A stretch of DNA of 64,000 nt from an uncultured Merdibacter sp. (GCA_965151435.1 CBCTZR010000001.1:5268-69267); one strand, 5' to 3'; positions 27,667 through 36,722 are shown, counted from the first letter of the stretch. Made by a program: numbers and translations. The notes: generated from the letters alone by a model not told the origin.

Positions 27667-27990
27667 TTGGAAACTATTCAACTTACTAACGATGCGGATA
27701 AAGTAATATGTTATATCTATAAAGACTTTCTGCAATCCAGAAAAAATGGACTTTCAAAAGCAGAAGCTAGACGGTTTCCCGCAAATTATCACAAACAACA
27801 TAAATCACTATCAAAATGGTCTGATTCTGATTTTTCCGACACAATATTAGAATTAGGCCAAAAAGATTTAATAACGATTTATTTAGGTGGAACATTTGAA
27901 TTAACAAATGATGGGATAATTTACATGGAAAACAGATTCAAAAACGGTCTTATAGAAATAACAGACTTTATAACAAAATTCATTCCTTAG
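27667..27990 (+). CDS. Winged-helix-like hypothetical protein, antisense to lytic operon
   Basis: 107 aa, ELGQKDLI...FELTNDGIIYME; own TGCTATAAT promoter and GAAAGGAG RBS. Confidence 0.7.
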   Translation: METIQLTNDADKVICYIYKDFLQSRKNGLSKAEARRFPANYHKQHKSLSKWSDSDFSDTILELGQKDLITIYLGGTFELTNDGIIYMENRFKNGLIEITDFITKFIP

Positions 27991-28171
27991 AGCATTCATC
28001 GATTGAATGCTTTTTTATATCACTTATAAAATCTGATTTATAGTCAGCTTTTAAACTAATCTGAACTTCACATCCAAGGTGATTTGTTCTAGTTGATATC
28101 TCATACACATCCTCAACTAAGTTACCATTAACAAATAGCTTCCCATCCTTGTCTAAATACACTTTATTCAT
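27980..28171 (-). CDS. Small hypothetical protein
   Basis: 63 aa, GGAGGTGG RBS directly after cro; 11-nt convergent overlap. Confidence 0.6.
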   Translation of the reverse strand: MNKVYLDKDGKLFVNGNLVEDVYEISTRTNHLGCEVQISLKADYKSDFISDIKKHSIDECSKE

Positions 28172-28182
28172 TTCTCCACCTC

Positions 28183-28377
28183 CTATTCATCAATAAACTT
28201 GTTCGGTTTGACGCCTAAGGCTCTGCAAATAGCGATATATTCATTTACTTCGCATTTTCTATTTCCTGATAGTATTTTGCTAAAGGCTGTATCATCAATT
28301 CCCGACTTAGCTGCAATTGCCTTTTGCTTCAATCCTTGTTCTTCTATGTATCTTTGTAACGCTTCCCTATTAAACAT
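28183..28377 (-). CDS. cro: Cro-like XRE HTH repressor
   Basis: 64 aa HTH divergent from cI. Confidence 0.85.
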   Translation of the reverse strand: MFNREALQRYIEEQGLKQKAIAAKSGIDDTAFSKILSGNRKCEVNEYIAICRALGVKPNKFIDE

Positions 28378-28395
28378 GAAATATCACCTCCGTTC

Positions 28396-28506
28396 TTCGA
28401 GAATCTCGATACACCTATAATATACTTCGTGTTTCTCGATGTGTCAACAATATATTTCGAGATAATCGAAAATATTATTGCTATTTCATAAAGTGGGATA
28501 TATACT
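28396..28506. promoter_or_regulatory. Genetic switch: three operators and divergent sigma-A promoters
   Basis: TTCG-N7-CGAW palindromes at 28396, 28426, 28456; leftward TTGACA-17-TATATT; rightward TTGCTA-17-TATACT. Confidence 0.8.
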
Positions 28507-28526
28507 TTAATCGTAGGAGGAGCTCT

Positions 28527-29252
28527 ATGAATAGATACTTAATCGATATGTTAAAAAAAGGACGTAGCAAGTCAGGTTATACTCAAGCACAAGTTGCAGA
28601 GATGCTCGGAATAAAAGGAAATACTCTAAGCGGCTATGAAACTGGAGCAAGTGAACCAGATATTGATACTTATCTTCAACTTTGCAAAATATATGACCTG
28701 GATTACGTAAGCATTTTAGAGAAAGCGTATAATTTGAAACCAATGGATGAAATAGCTCTTTCAATCGATGAGCAAGATCACATAAAAAAATATCGCTCTC
28801 TTGATTCACTCGATAAGAAAGCGATAGATGTTTTATTGGATACATTATCTAAACGACAAAGTGAGCAAGCAGCAGAATTCATTCAGCTTGAATCACCAAT
28901 GTTGCTTCCGTTTTATGGCCGCATCGTATCTGCCGGAACTGGTCAATATGTATTTGATGACATTCCACCAGAGATGATTGAGGTTGAATCTAACCACATC
29001 AACATGCAGGCTGACTTTGCTGTTGGTGTATATGGAGACAGCATGGAACCGACATATTCCGACGGTGATGTGCTGTTGATCAAGAAGCAGCCTTCAGTAA
29101 ATGTTGGTGAAATTGGAATCTTTATGATCAATGGAGAAGCATTTGTTAAAGAATTTGCAGGCAGTGTTTTAAAATCTCATAACAAAAAAAATGAGGATAT
29201 TCCTGTAACTGAGCAGACGTTTTGTTTAGGAAAAGTGATTAGCAAGAAATGA
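28527..29252 (+). CDS. cI: CI-like repressor (XRE HTH + S24 autopeptidase)
   Basis: N-terminal HTH, SAG cleavage site, GDSMEP serine and FVKE lysine. Confidence 0.92.
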   Translation: MNRYLIDMLKKGRSKSGYTQAQVAEMLGIKGNTLSGYETGASEPDIDTYLQLCKIYDLDYVSILEKAYNLKPMDEIALSIDEQDHIKKYRSLDSLDKKAIDVLLDTLSKRQSEQAAEFIQLESPMLLPFYGRIVSAGTGQYVFDDIPPEMIEVESNHINMQADFAVGVYGDSMEPTYSDGDVLLIKKQPSVNVGEIGIFMINGEAFVKEFAGSVLKSHNKKNEDIPVTEQTFCLGKVISKK

Positions 29253-29944
29253 ATAAAAATTGGAAGACTATAATTTTAGTTATCGGTTTTATAATATCAT
29301 TATTGTTTATTATTCCAATAATCACTAATAGCATTGTCTTCTTCATGTGCTCTAATGGTTATCTAAAACCAGGTTCAGAGAGTCAATGGATCGGTTTCTA
29401 TGGTGCAGTAATTGGTGGTGCTTTGACTTTAATTGGTGTATGGTGGACAATTTTACAGCAAAAAAAATTAAGAAAGATCGACCTTGCTATACAATACAAA
29501 CCATATTTGATTATTACGAAACAAATAGCACTTGATTTAGCAGAATTTGGATCATCTATATTTAGAGAGGATGGTAAACAAAATTTAGTGTTTGATTTAA
29601 ACATTAAAAATGATGGGCGTGGCGAAGGAATAATCATTTGTACATCAATAGATAATAATTATTTATCTAACTTTATAAAAATACAGCAAACTATAGAAAA
29701 ACAAATTATTTATCAAAATGAAATTTCAAAAATTAGAATTTATATCCAATCTGATGATTTTGATGTAATCATTGGAAACAAAGATAATATTAAGATACCA
29801 ATTAATATTTCATACACTGACCTATATCAAATTAATAAATATACGCTAACCATTAATATAGAATTTTCAAAAATTTTGTTTTCTCTAAGCAATGACTTCG
29901 ATGATCAAAATTACATAGAGTCTTTTCGTTTCGAAATAAAGTAA
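29249..29944 (+). CDS. Membrane protein (two N-terminal TM helices), lysogenic cargo
   Basis: Hydrophobic helices incl. WIGFYGAVIGGALTLIGVWWTI; very AT-rich; coupled to cI. Confidence 0.75.
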   Translation: MNKNWKTIILVIGFIISLLFIIPIITNSIVFFMCSNGYLKPGSESQWIGFYGAVIGGALTLIGVWWTILQQKKLRKIDLAIQYKPYLIITKQIALDLAEFGSSIFREDGKQNLVFDLNIKNDGRGEGIIICTSIDNNYLSNFIKIQQTIEKQIIYQNEISKIRIYIQSDDFDVIIGNKDNIKIPINISYTDLYQINKYTLTINIEFSKILFSLSNDFDDQNYIESFRFEIK

Positions 29945-29995
29945 TTTTTCAATTTTTTATAAAATGTTATTCAAAAGAATATGGGGGATTTTAAA

Positions 29996-30433
29996 ATGAG
30001 TAAGAATGATGCAACAAATTTAGTAAAAATGTTAAAAGAGCTTTTGGACAAAAAAGTATATTTACCCGAAAATGGAAATAAAAAAGATTATATAGTAAAA
30101 TCTACAACCTCAAGAGATGAATTTATCATTAATATTAATCGGCGTCAAATAAACGAGGATAAATGTTCCTTTGTGGCTAGAACAAAAGGGAAAAATGAAT
30201 TATTATTAAGATTGGATGTTAATCCAACTGCTGCACATAGAAATCCTGATGGGATTGTAATTGAAGGTACTCATCTTCATATCTTTAAAGAGAATTGTGA
30301 ACTGGATTATGCAATACCATTTAATGAAGATGCTTCCAACTTAATAGAACATTGCAAAAACTTTTTTAAAAAATTTAATATTTTAGAAGATTATACAGTT
30401 TATGATAATACTAGTATAAGATTATTTCATTAA
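29996..30433 (+). CDS. DUF6978-like protein
   Basis: LLRLDV...HRNPDG..I.GTHLHIF motif. Confidence 0.65.
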   Translation: MSKNDATNLVKMLKELLDKKVYLPENGNKKDYIVKSTTSRDEFIININRRQINEDKCSFVARTKGKNELLLRLDVNPTAAHRNPDGIVIEGTHLHIFKENCELDYAIPFNEDASNLIEHCKNFFKKFNILEDYTVYDNTSIRLFH

Positions 30434-30448
30434 AACTGAGGTGATATA

Positions 30449-31198
30449 ATGACCATTACAAATTTGATAAACGACTATTACGATTGGTTAAAAAAACAAA
30501 CCAAAATAATAGAATTCGGTGAATATCATGAGATTACTACACCATATATCGATTTTTTTAATGATGCCATTCAGGTATATGTAAAAAATGATAATGATAC
30601 AATCGTTATCACAGATGATGGTTATACTTTAAGTAATCTTGAAGCAGCAGGAATACAGTTAAATCCTAACAGAATGAAAACTATTCAACACATTTGTAGT
30701 AATTTTGGCATTTCAATTTTCTCAGAAAATCTTTCTGTAAATTGTGAGAAATCAAATTTTTCAAGTACACTTCATCTATTTATACAATGTATATTAAAAG
30801 TGGACGACATGAATTATACATCTACAGGAAGAAGCATTTCTTATTTTTTAGCTGACGTAATTGATCTTTTTGATAAAAATGATATATATTATACAGAAAA
30901 TCCAATCTTTTTAGGTCGATCAGGTTTATCACACTCATATGATTTCTCATTTCAAAGAACAAAGCAAAAACCAGAAAGACTATGCAGAGTAATTAATAAT
31001 GTAACAAAAAGCAATTTGAATAGTGTAATGTTTTCTTGGCAAGATACAAAACCATCAAGAAAAAATGATTCACAATTAATCGTTATTTATAACAATAAAA
31101 ATAAAATACAAAAAGGAGTATTAGAAGCATTTAAAAATTATGATATTCAAACCGTCCCGTGGAGCTCATTAGAACAATCACTAAATTTATTTAATTAA
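30449..31198 (+). CDS. DUF1828/DUF1829-like protein
   Basis: EITTPYID.FND.I.VY...ITDDGYTL and GRSGLSHSYDF...F.WQDT motifs. Confidence 0.75.
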   Translation: MTITNLINDYYDWLKKQTKIIEFGEYHEITTPYIDFFNDAIQVYVKNDNDTIVITDDGYTLSNLEAAGIQLNPNRMKTIQHICSNFGISIFSENLSVNCEKSNFSSTLHLFIQCILKVDDMNYTSTGRSISYFLADVIDLFDKNDIYYTENPIFLGRSGLSHSYDFSFQRTKQKPERLCRVINNVTKSNLNSVMFSWQDTKPSRKNDSQLIVIYNNKNKIQKGVLEAFKNYDIQTVPWSSLEQSLNLFN

Positions 31199-31221
31199 AA
31201 ACCACCTTAATGGTGGTTTTT
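31197..31221. terminator. Bidirectional terminator between cargo operon and integrase
   Basis: AAAAACCACC-TTAAT-GGTGGTTTTT. Confidence 0.8.
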
Positions 31222-32464
31222 AAATACCCAATAGCTGTTTTTTCTTAGCAGCGAACTCATCATCTGTCAATATTCCCATATCATATAGTACCTTTAACTG
31301 CTTTAATTCATCGTATGGCGTTGTTTTAGCCTGCTGAGGCGTTAATTCGGGCGTTCTGGCATCACTCTGTATCTGTTCGATAATTCGCTTGTCCATTCCT
31401 TTAAATTGATGCGCATAGGTGCGGTGTAACATATCGACTGTATGTCCTAATCGTTTGGCTATGTCAAAATCCGAGAAATCATATTTGCCCATGTTATTTA
31501 TCAGGTATGAAGCGTGGCTATGCCTGAAATCATGCAGACGGATCCTTTTTAATTCAAAACCGTATGAATGTGCTACATTGATGTATTTGTCTTTCCATCT
31601 TCCCGGCGTATTGTCGCTTAGAGGCTTATAGAAACCCCATACATAACAATCTTCGCAGAACCCATACATTTTACTGCATTCATTCTTCCAATCCAACAGT
31701 GCTTCTCTAACGACGTCGAACATAGTAATATTGCGTTCGCTATTAGATGTTTTTGGCGTAGTGATTACCCAAGGTTTTCCTTTAACCTTATAAGTTACAT
31801 TTTTGAAAATATGAACATTGCCAGAATCAAAATCAATATCTTTCCATTGAAGCGCACATGCTTCTGCTTTACGCACACCCATCCAATATAGGAATATAAA
31901 AAATGAACGATGTTCTTTTTCTTTTATGACGCTCAAAAAAACATTAAATTCAGATGGTTCCCAAAATTTCATATCTTGTTTGATCTGCTCTACGTTCATT
32001 TTACGATGTACTTTGTTCATTGGGTTTAATTTCAGGTGATCGTTGTTTACGCAGTATTCGAATATTGACCGAAGCACATAGTAATACCCTGCGACTGTTT
32101 CAGATGCGTAAATCTTATCTAAATCGTTTATGTAGCTCTGCAGTTTATCTCTGGTTATCAAATTGATCTTTTTTTCACCGAAAGTATCACATAGCTTATT
32201 TGCCATATCTGAATACGATCTAACGGTTGACTGCTTCACTCCATTTAGACTTTGAATGTATTTATCGGACGCTTCTTTAAATGTTAGATACATCGGCGAT
32301 ACTTTAATATCTTGAAATTGCTTGCGGAATTTGCGTTCATATTCCTCTGCTTGCTTTTTTCCAGTACATCCGCGTGCAAGACGATTAAAATAAACTACGC
32401 TATCATCATCACGCCTAAATTTTCCTCGAATGTACCATTTACCGTTTCTTTTTTCTACTGACAT
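31220..32464 (-). CDS. int: Tyrosine integrase with C-terminal SHOCT-like extension
   Basis: GVRKAE, PKT, HDFRH, RLGH, TYAH catalytic motifs; tail YDELKQLKVLYDMGILTDDEFAAKKKQLL. Confidence 0.93.
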   Translation of the reverse strand: MSVEKRNGKWYIRGKFRRDDDSVVYFNRLARGCTGKKQAEEYERKFRKQFQDIKVSPMYLTFKEASDKYIQSLNGVKQSTVRSYSDMANKLCDTFGEKKINLITRDKLQSYINDLDKIYASETVAGYYYVLRSIFEYCVNNDHLKLNPMNKVHRKMNVEQIKQDMKFWEPSEFNVFLSVIKEKEHRSFFIFLYWMGVRKAEACALQWKDIDFDSGNVHIFKNVTYKVKGKPWVITTPKTSNSERNITMFDVVREALLDWKNECSKMYGFCEDCYVWGFYKPLSDNTPGRWKDKYINVAHSYGFELKRIRLHDFRHSHASYLINNMGKYDFSDFDIAKRLGHTVDMLHRTYAHQFKGMDKRIIEQIQSDARTPELTPQQAKTTPYDELKQLKVLYDMGILTDDEFAAKKKQLLGI

Positions 32465-32520
32465 GTAACCACCCTCTACGCCATAAATATACTATTTCCC
32501 TTTGTTTATCGCAATAAAAA

Positions 32521-32582
32521 GTTGCCACAATGGTTGCTATGATTATTTTAGATAATGAAAAAAGCCTTTATTTAAAGGCTTT
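32521..32582. other. att-proximal elements: tandem GTTGC repeats (candidate arm sites) and hairpin
   Basis: GTTGCCAC / GTTGCTAT 12 bp apart; AAAGCCTTTA-TT-TAAAGGCTTT downstream of tRNA. Confidence 0.45.
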
Positions 32583-32592
32583 CTCTATGAAA

Positions 32593-32669
32593 TGGCGTCC
32601 ACGAAGGGACTCGAACCCCTGACCGTGCGCTTAGAAGGCGCATGCTCTATCCAGCTGAGCTACGTAGAC
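32593..32669 (-). tRNA. tRNA-Arg (anticodon TCT); prophage attachment locus
   Basis: GTCTACG...CTTCTAA loop...GGTTCGAGTCC...CGTGGAC-G-CCA, 77 nt cloverleaf. Confidence 0.96.
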
Positions 32670-32735
32670 ATCTTAACTGCCTAAATATAATAGCAGAAAG
32701 ATGTAACAATTTCAACTGTTTTCGTACATTCTCAT

Positions 32736-33236
32736 TCAACGGCGGAAGAAAAATCCATGTTTGCTCTTGTGCTGTTGGAGAAATACGATCTTTGCATCCA
32801 CATAATCGCCGTCGATTGTCAAGATCGCATAAGAAGGATCACGACCGTCCCGACTATATTTTAAAGATCCTGGATTCAACAAGATGATTCCATTCACTTT
32901 ACGATACTCTGCCACATGCGTATGACCATAACAAACGATATCGCAATGATGTTCCTTCGCATATGCGATCAGCTGTTCTTCTCGTTTTCGGTAAGATAAT
33001 TGATGAGAATGGATCAATAAGATTCGGTGGTTACCAAATGGAAGGATCCGCTGTGCAGGCGTATCATAGAAATAATCATTATTCCCCTGTACAACGATAT
33101 ACTCTGGAAAGCTTTCTGCTTCATATTCGATATCTCCGCAATGAAGAAAAGCATCAGCATCCGGATGCTTGAGTACCAGATCACATAACAGATCATTTCT
33201 TCCATGCGAATCACTTACAACAACAATCTTCATCAT
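32736..33236 (-). CDS. YfcE/YsnB-family metallophosphoesterase
   Basis: SDSHG, HCGD, GNND, GHTH, NPGS motifs. Confidence 0.9.
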   Translation of the reverse strand: MMKIVVVSDSHGRNDLLCDLVLKHPDADAFLHCGDIEYEAESFPEYIVVQGNNDYFYDTPAQRILPFGNHRILLIHSHQLSYRKREEQLIAYAKEHHCDIVCYGHTHVAEYRKVNGIILLNPGSLKYSRDGRDPSYAILTIDGDYVDAKIVFLQQHKSKHGFFFRR

Positions 33237-33299
33237 ATCACCATCTTTGTCTAGGACTATCATAACAGAAATGGCTGATGGAGAAAAGAAAAACTATGC

Positions 33300-34271
33300 C
33301 TATGGTTCAATAATATTATATTGCAAGTTTTTTGCAGTGATCACTTCTCCATCCATGCAACCAGCGCTTTCCTGCATACAATGCAGTCGGATTCCCTCTA
33401 CAGTTGAAAGTGCACTTAAAGAGAGGATCAGTTCATTGACATCATCTTGTTTCAGACTGCGATCACTGCTGAACATCGTTTCGTCCACGCTCAGATCAAG
33501 GATTCCTGTCTCTTCCATGCTCAATTCGATCGCATGCTCCTCCAGCGTCGAGGATAAGGTGCTGCTCGCCGATAAATCTTGGATCACAGCTTCTACCTGT
33601 TTATCAAAAGAATCACAGACCGTATTGGACACACGACGACTGCGTGGAACGAGATAGTGTGTTCCATTGATTTTTTTCGTCCCGTAGACCAATAAAGAGA
33701 CACTGTCATGAAGTGTGGCATTCGATGATTCAAAATGATTGATGCCGATTGATCGTGTCAGTGGTTGACTTAACGGTGTCTGTTCCAAAGGCATCGCAGA
33801 AAGATCTTGTCCATCCATTTGCAGACGCACCTGCTCAACATCCTGAAATTGCGTACATCCCCATACCAAAGACTCTAACAACCGCAGTTCTTCTTCAGGC
33901 TCGTAACTGAGAAAATTCGTATTAAAATTAAGCGTAGCACAATCTTGGCTAACTTCGACATCATTAAGAATATCCGCTTCTGCAAAAAAACTTGAAAACC
34001 CCTCAAATTTTTGTTTCCCACACAAATAGGCAAGCATTACCTCGATCTGCCGCTCACTATCCAGATCCTGCTCCTGCGCGATCGCTAAAGGTACAAGTAA
34101 TTGATCCGCATCCATGAGATAGATCTGCAGATAGTCTTGTTCGCCTTCTTGCTGGATGGATACTTCACTTTCCTTTGACAGATCCATCGTCTGCAAACCT
34201 ACGCAGGTGAGCATGCCGGCAAGCGCAAACAAAAGGAATGCTGTAACATTCTTTTTTGTAAATTGTATCAA
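33300..34271 (-). CDS. gerM: GerMN-domain sporulation protein
   Basis: Two repeats (LLVP...TQFQDVEQVRLQMDG); synteny with ysnB-tRNA-Arg; CATACACT sigma-E-like -10 upstream. Confidence 0.75.
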   Translation of the reverse strand: MIQFTKKNVTAFLLFALAGMLTCVGLQTMDLSKESEVSIQQEGEQDYLQIYLMDADQLLVPLAIAQEQDLDSERQIEVMLAYLCGKQKFEGFSSFFAEADILNDVEVSQDCATLNFNTNFLSYEPEEELRLLESLVWGCTQFQDVEQVRLQMDGQDLSAMPLEQTPLSQPLTRSIGINHFESSNATLHDSVSLLVYGTKKINGTHYLVPRSRRVSNTVCDSFDKQVEAVIQDLSASSTLSSTLEEHAIELSMEETGILDLSVDETMFSSDRSLKQDDVNELILSLSALSTVEGIRLHCMQESAGCMDGEVITAKNLQYNIIEP

Positions 34272-34445
34272 AGGATCACCTCTACTACAGTGTATGTCTT
34301 AACCATGGAAAAAAGACTGATTATGCGTATGTGTATCTCATAGAAAATGGATCGTCTTTTCCATTCAAAGGACGATCCACTTCATTTTTATACCTTTTCC
34401 AGCATAATTCACAAAACATACGAATGATCCGTTTTTACTGTTCAC

Positions 34446-35513
34446 TTAAGAAGCAAACTGCATCTCTTCCATGCATTTATTCTGATCATGCATGGTTCGG
34501 GCATTTTCTTCCCCGACATAACGCAACGTAAATGGTTGCCATGCTTTCTTAGTTTGTCCTTCTTTTCCTTCTTCATAGCGGATGACAAATCCATAGCGAT
34601 ACGCATTTTCTCTTAGCCAGGAAATTTGTTGCCGCTGTAGCTCGCTCAGCTCATCCTCGATTTTTTCATAATTAAAGGAACCATCTTTGTTTAATTCCAC
34701 ATTTTCGTTCCATGAATCATCAAATACAAAGGAAACAGTATAGCCCAATTGATACTCGCTCTCTCCTGGAGGATCCACGAACCATGAAATAGCATCTCCA
34801 TACTGTTCTTGTGCCTCTTCGTAAAGAGATACTTGTGTTTCAAAAGAGGTATATGCTTGCGCAATGACGAAACCGCCAGCCTCTTCTCCATTGATTTCTT
34901 TTGCATCGTCCAATAGCTTTGTCAATGCCTCTGCCGCCTCCGATTGCAGATAAAAACCTTTTGAATCTCCCTGTGTTGAAACGACAGGAAGATGCTCTAA
35001 CAATACGAGATCTTGCGGTTCATAACTAAACACTGTCGCATGATCCTTTAATACCAGCGTGAAGTCATTTGGTCGAGTGACTAAAGTAGAATCTTCATCA
35101 TAATCTGAACTCGTTTCAAAATAACGGATCAAATTGCTATAGGAATAATGACTTAACACATCCTCTAACGTGTCATAGGTCATCTGGTTTCGATACGTAT
35201 TGATAAAATTTACGATGTATGCCACATCATCTTCCTGCGTTTGCAATGCCAGCGCATACCAGTGAGTATTGGCAATCTCAAAACCGTCTACTTCAATAAA
35301 AGGCATGATTTCTTCGGGTGTGATTTGTTGTGTGATCAGATAGTTGATATCTTCTTGATTCAGATATTCCAACAGAACTTCACGATCTACCTCATCCGCA
35401 TATGGATAACGGGCAAGCGGATCATAAGACTGATTCATCCAATAAAAACAAACTGCAAACACAATGAGCAAATTCGCGATAAAGCCCATCCGTTTCCACA
35501 TCATTTCGTTCAC
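34446..35513 (-). CDS. Membrane-anchored VanY/M15B carboxypeptidase-like protein lacking catalytic residues
   Basis: PPGESEYQLG, WLRENAYRYGFVIRY, LRYVG. Confidence 0.8.
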   Translation of the reverse strand: MNEMMWKRMGFIANLLIVFAVCFYWMNQSYDPLARYPYADEVDREVLLEYLNQEDINYLITQQITPEEIMPFIEVDGFEIANTHWYALALQTQEDDVAYIVNFINTYRNQMTYDTLEDVLSHYSYSNLIRYFETSSDYDEDSTLVTRPNDFTLVLKDHATVFSYEPQDLVLLEHLPVVSTQGDSKGFYLQSEAAEALTKLLDDAKEINGEEAGGFVIAQAYTSFETQVSLYEEAQEQYGDAISWFVDPPGESEYQLGYTVSFVFDDSWNENVELNKDGSFNYEKIEDELSELQRQQISWLRENAYRYGFVIRYEEGKEGQTKKAWQPFTLRYVGEENARTMHDQNKCMEEMQFAS

Positions 35514-35581
35514 CTCGCATTTTCTTAGCGTTACTGATTTTTAAATTATACCACATTCTCCTTCAGATTCGACAGAATCTA

Positions 35582-36658
35582 TCAACAATCGCAGTCGATT
35601 CGCTCTCTGCTTTCAAAGTCAAAAAAGATGCAATCATTTAGATCAAAAGTAATTTCTCCTAAAGCAGGGCATCTTTGTTTTGAAGGAAGAACTACTTTCA
35701 ATTCATATCCTTCCCACTCGATGACTGCTTGCATATGTTCACCATAATATACAATTTCCCTGCAACGAGCAGATGGATTACCTTCTTTATAACGGATGTG
35801 TGAAGGACGAATACCAACGATCACCTTGGGCCCATGAACATTCCACATGCGGGAGGCAAAAGGCATAAAGATTGAATGAAACACAAGCCCGCCTTCCTGT
35901 ACACTCGCCTCCAGTAGATTCATCGGCGGCTCGCCGACAAAACCGGCAACAAATGTCGTCTGTGGATATTCATAGATTTCCTTTGGAGTTCCTTGCTGCA
36001 AGATCTGACCATTGTTCATGACGATGAGATGATCACTCAGACGAAGCGCTTCCCGTTGATCATGTGTCACATAGAGGATCGTCAAAGCTAGCTGTTTTTG
36101 CAAAGTACGTAGTTTATCGCCTAAACTGTACTTTAGCGGTGCATCCAATGCGCTGAAAGGTTCATCCATCAAAATGAGGTCTGCTTCTTTCATCAAGGCG
36201 CGACCGATGGCTACGCGCTGTTTTTCTCCGCCGGATAATGTATCCGCACGCTGTTGCATTCGATCGCTGAGTTCTAATAAAGCAGCAATTTCCTCCGCTT
36301 TTTTCTTCACATCATAAGTAGCGTTTTGATTTGCTCCAAACGCGATGTTTTCTAAAACACTGAGATAGGGAAATAGTGTTGGTTCTTGAAAAACGACAGC
36401 AATCCTGCGAGGATCTGCTCCCTTCACACCTCGCAGCCAGATCTCCCCCTGCGTCTTATTTTGCAAACCGGCCAAAATCTCAAGCAACGTCGTCTTCCCA
36501 CAGCCGCTGGGCCCGACGATGACGGAAAAACTGCCCTTTTCTAAAGAAAAGCTGCAATCTTTTAAAATCCAATGATCTTTATGGCTCTTTCCGATCTTCT
36601 CACATCGCAACAATATATCTCTCATCACTTGATCTCCAGTTTCTATCGTTTGATTCAC
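35582..36658 (-). CDS. ABC transporter ATP-binding protein (MalK/PotA-like)
   Basis: GPSGCGKTT, LSGGEKQR, LMDEP, VTHDQ. Confidence 0.9.
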   Translation of the reverse strand: MNQTIETGDQVMRDILLRCEKIGKSHKDHWILKDCSFSLEKGSFSVIVGPSGCGKTTLLEILAGLQNKTQGEIWLRGVKGADPRRIAVVFQEPTLFPYLSVLENIAFGANQNATYDVKKKAEEIAALLELSDRMQQRADTLSGGEKQRVAIGRALMKEADLILMDEPFSALDAPLKYSLGDKLRTLQKQLALTILYVTHDQREALRLSDHLIVMNNGQILQQGTPKEIYEYPQTTFVAGFVGEPPMNLLEASVQEGGLVFHSIFMPFASRMWNVHGPKVIVGIRPSHIRYKEGNPSARCREIVYYGEHMQAVIEWEGYELKVVLPSKQRCPALGEITFDLNDCIFFDFESRERIDCDC

Positions 36659-36722
36659 ACAAATGAATGACCTTTGGTTTTATTATACACAGAAAAAAAG
36701 TTTACACAAAGAAAAACAGGAC

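Larger units (their letters stand above)
1..32592. mobile_element. Temperate siphovirus-like prophage (left end outside window), integrated at the 3' end of tRNA-Arg
   Basis: Ordered tail-head-terminase-replication-switch-integrase modules; integrase starts ~130 bp from the tRNA CCA end; host housekeeping genes begin beyond the tRNA. Confidence 0.95.

Noticed and set aside
1..32592. Phage-wide TGA recoding suggested by the in-frame TGA at 25674
   Set aside because: Many phage genes (tape measure, terS, recT, cI) end in TGA, often with coupling to the next start, and no other split phage gene was seen; standard code applies
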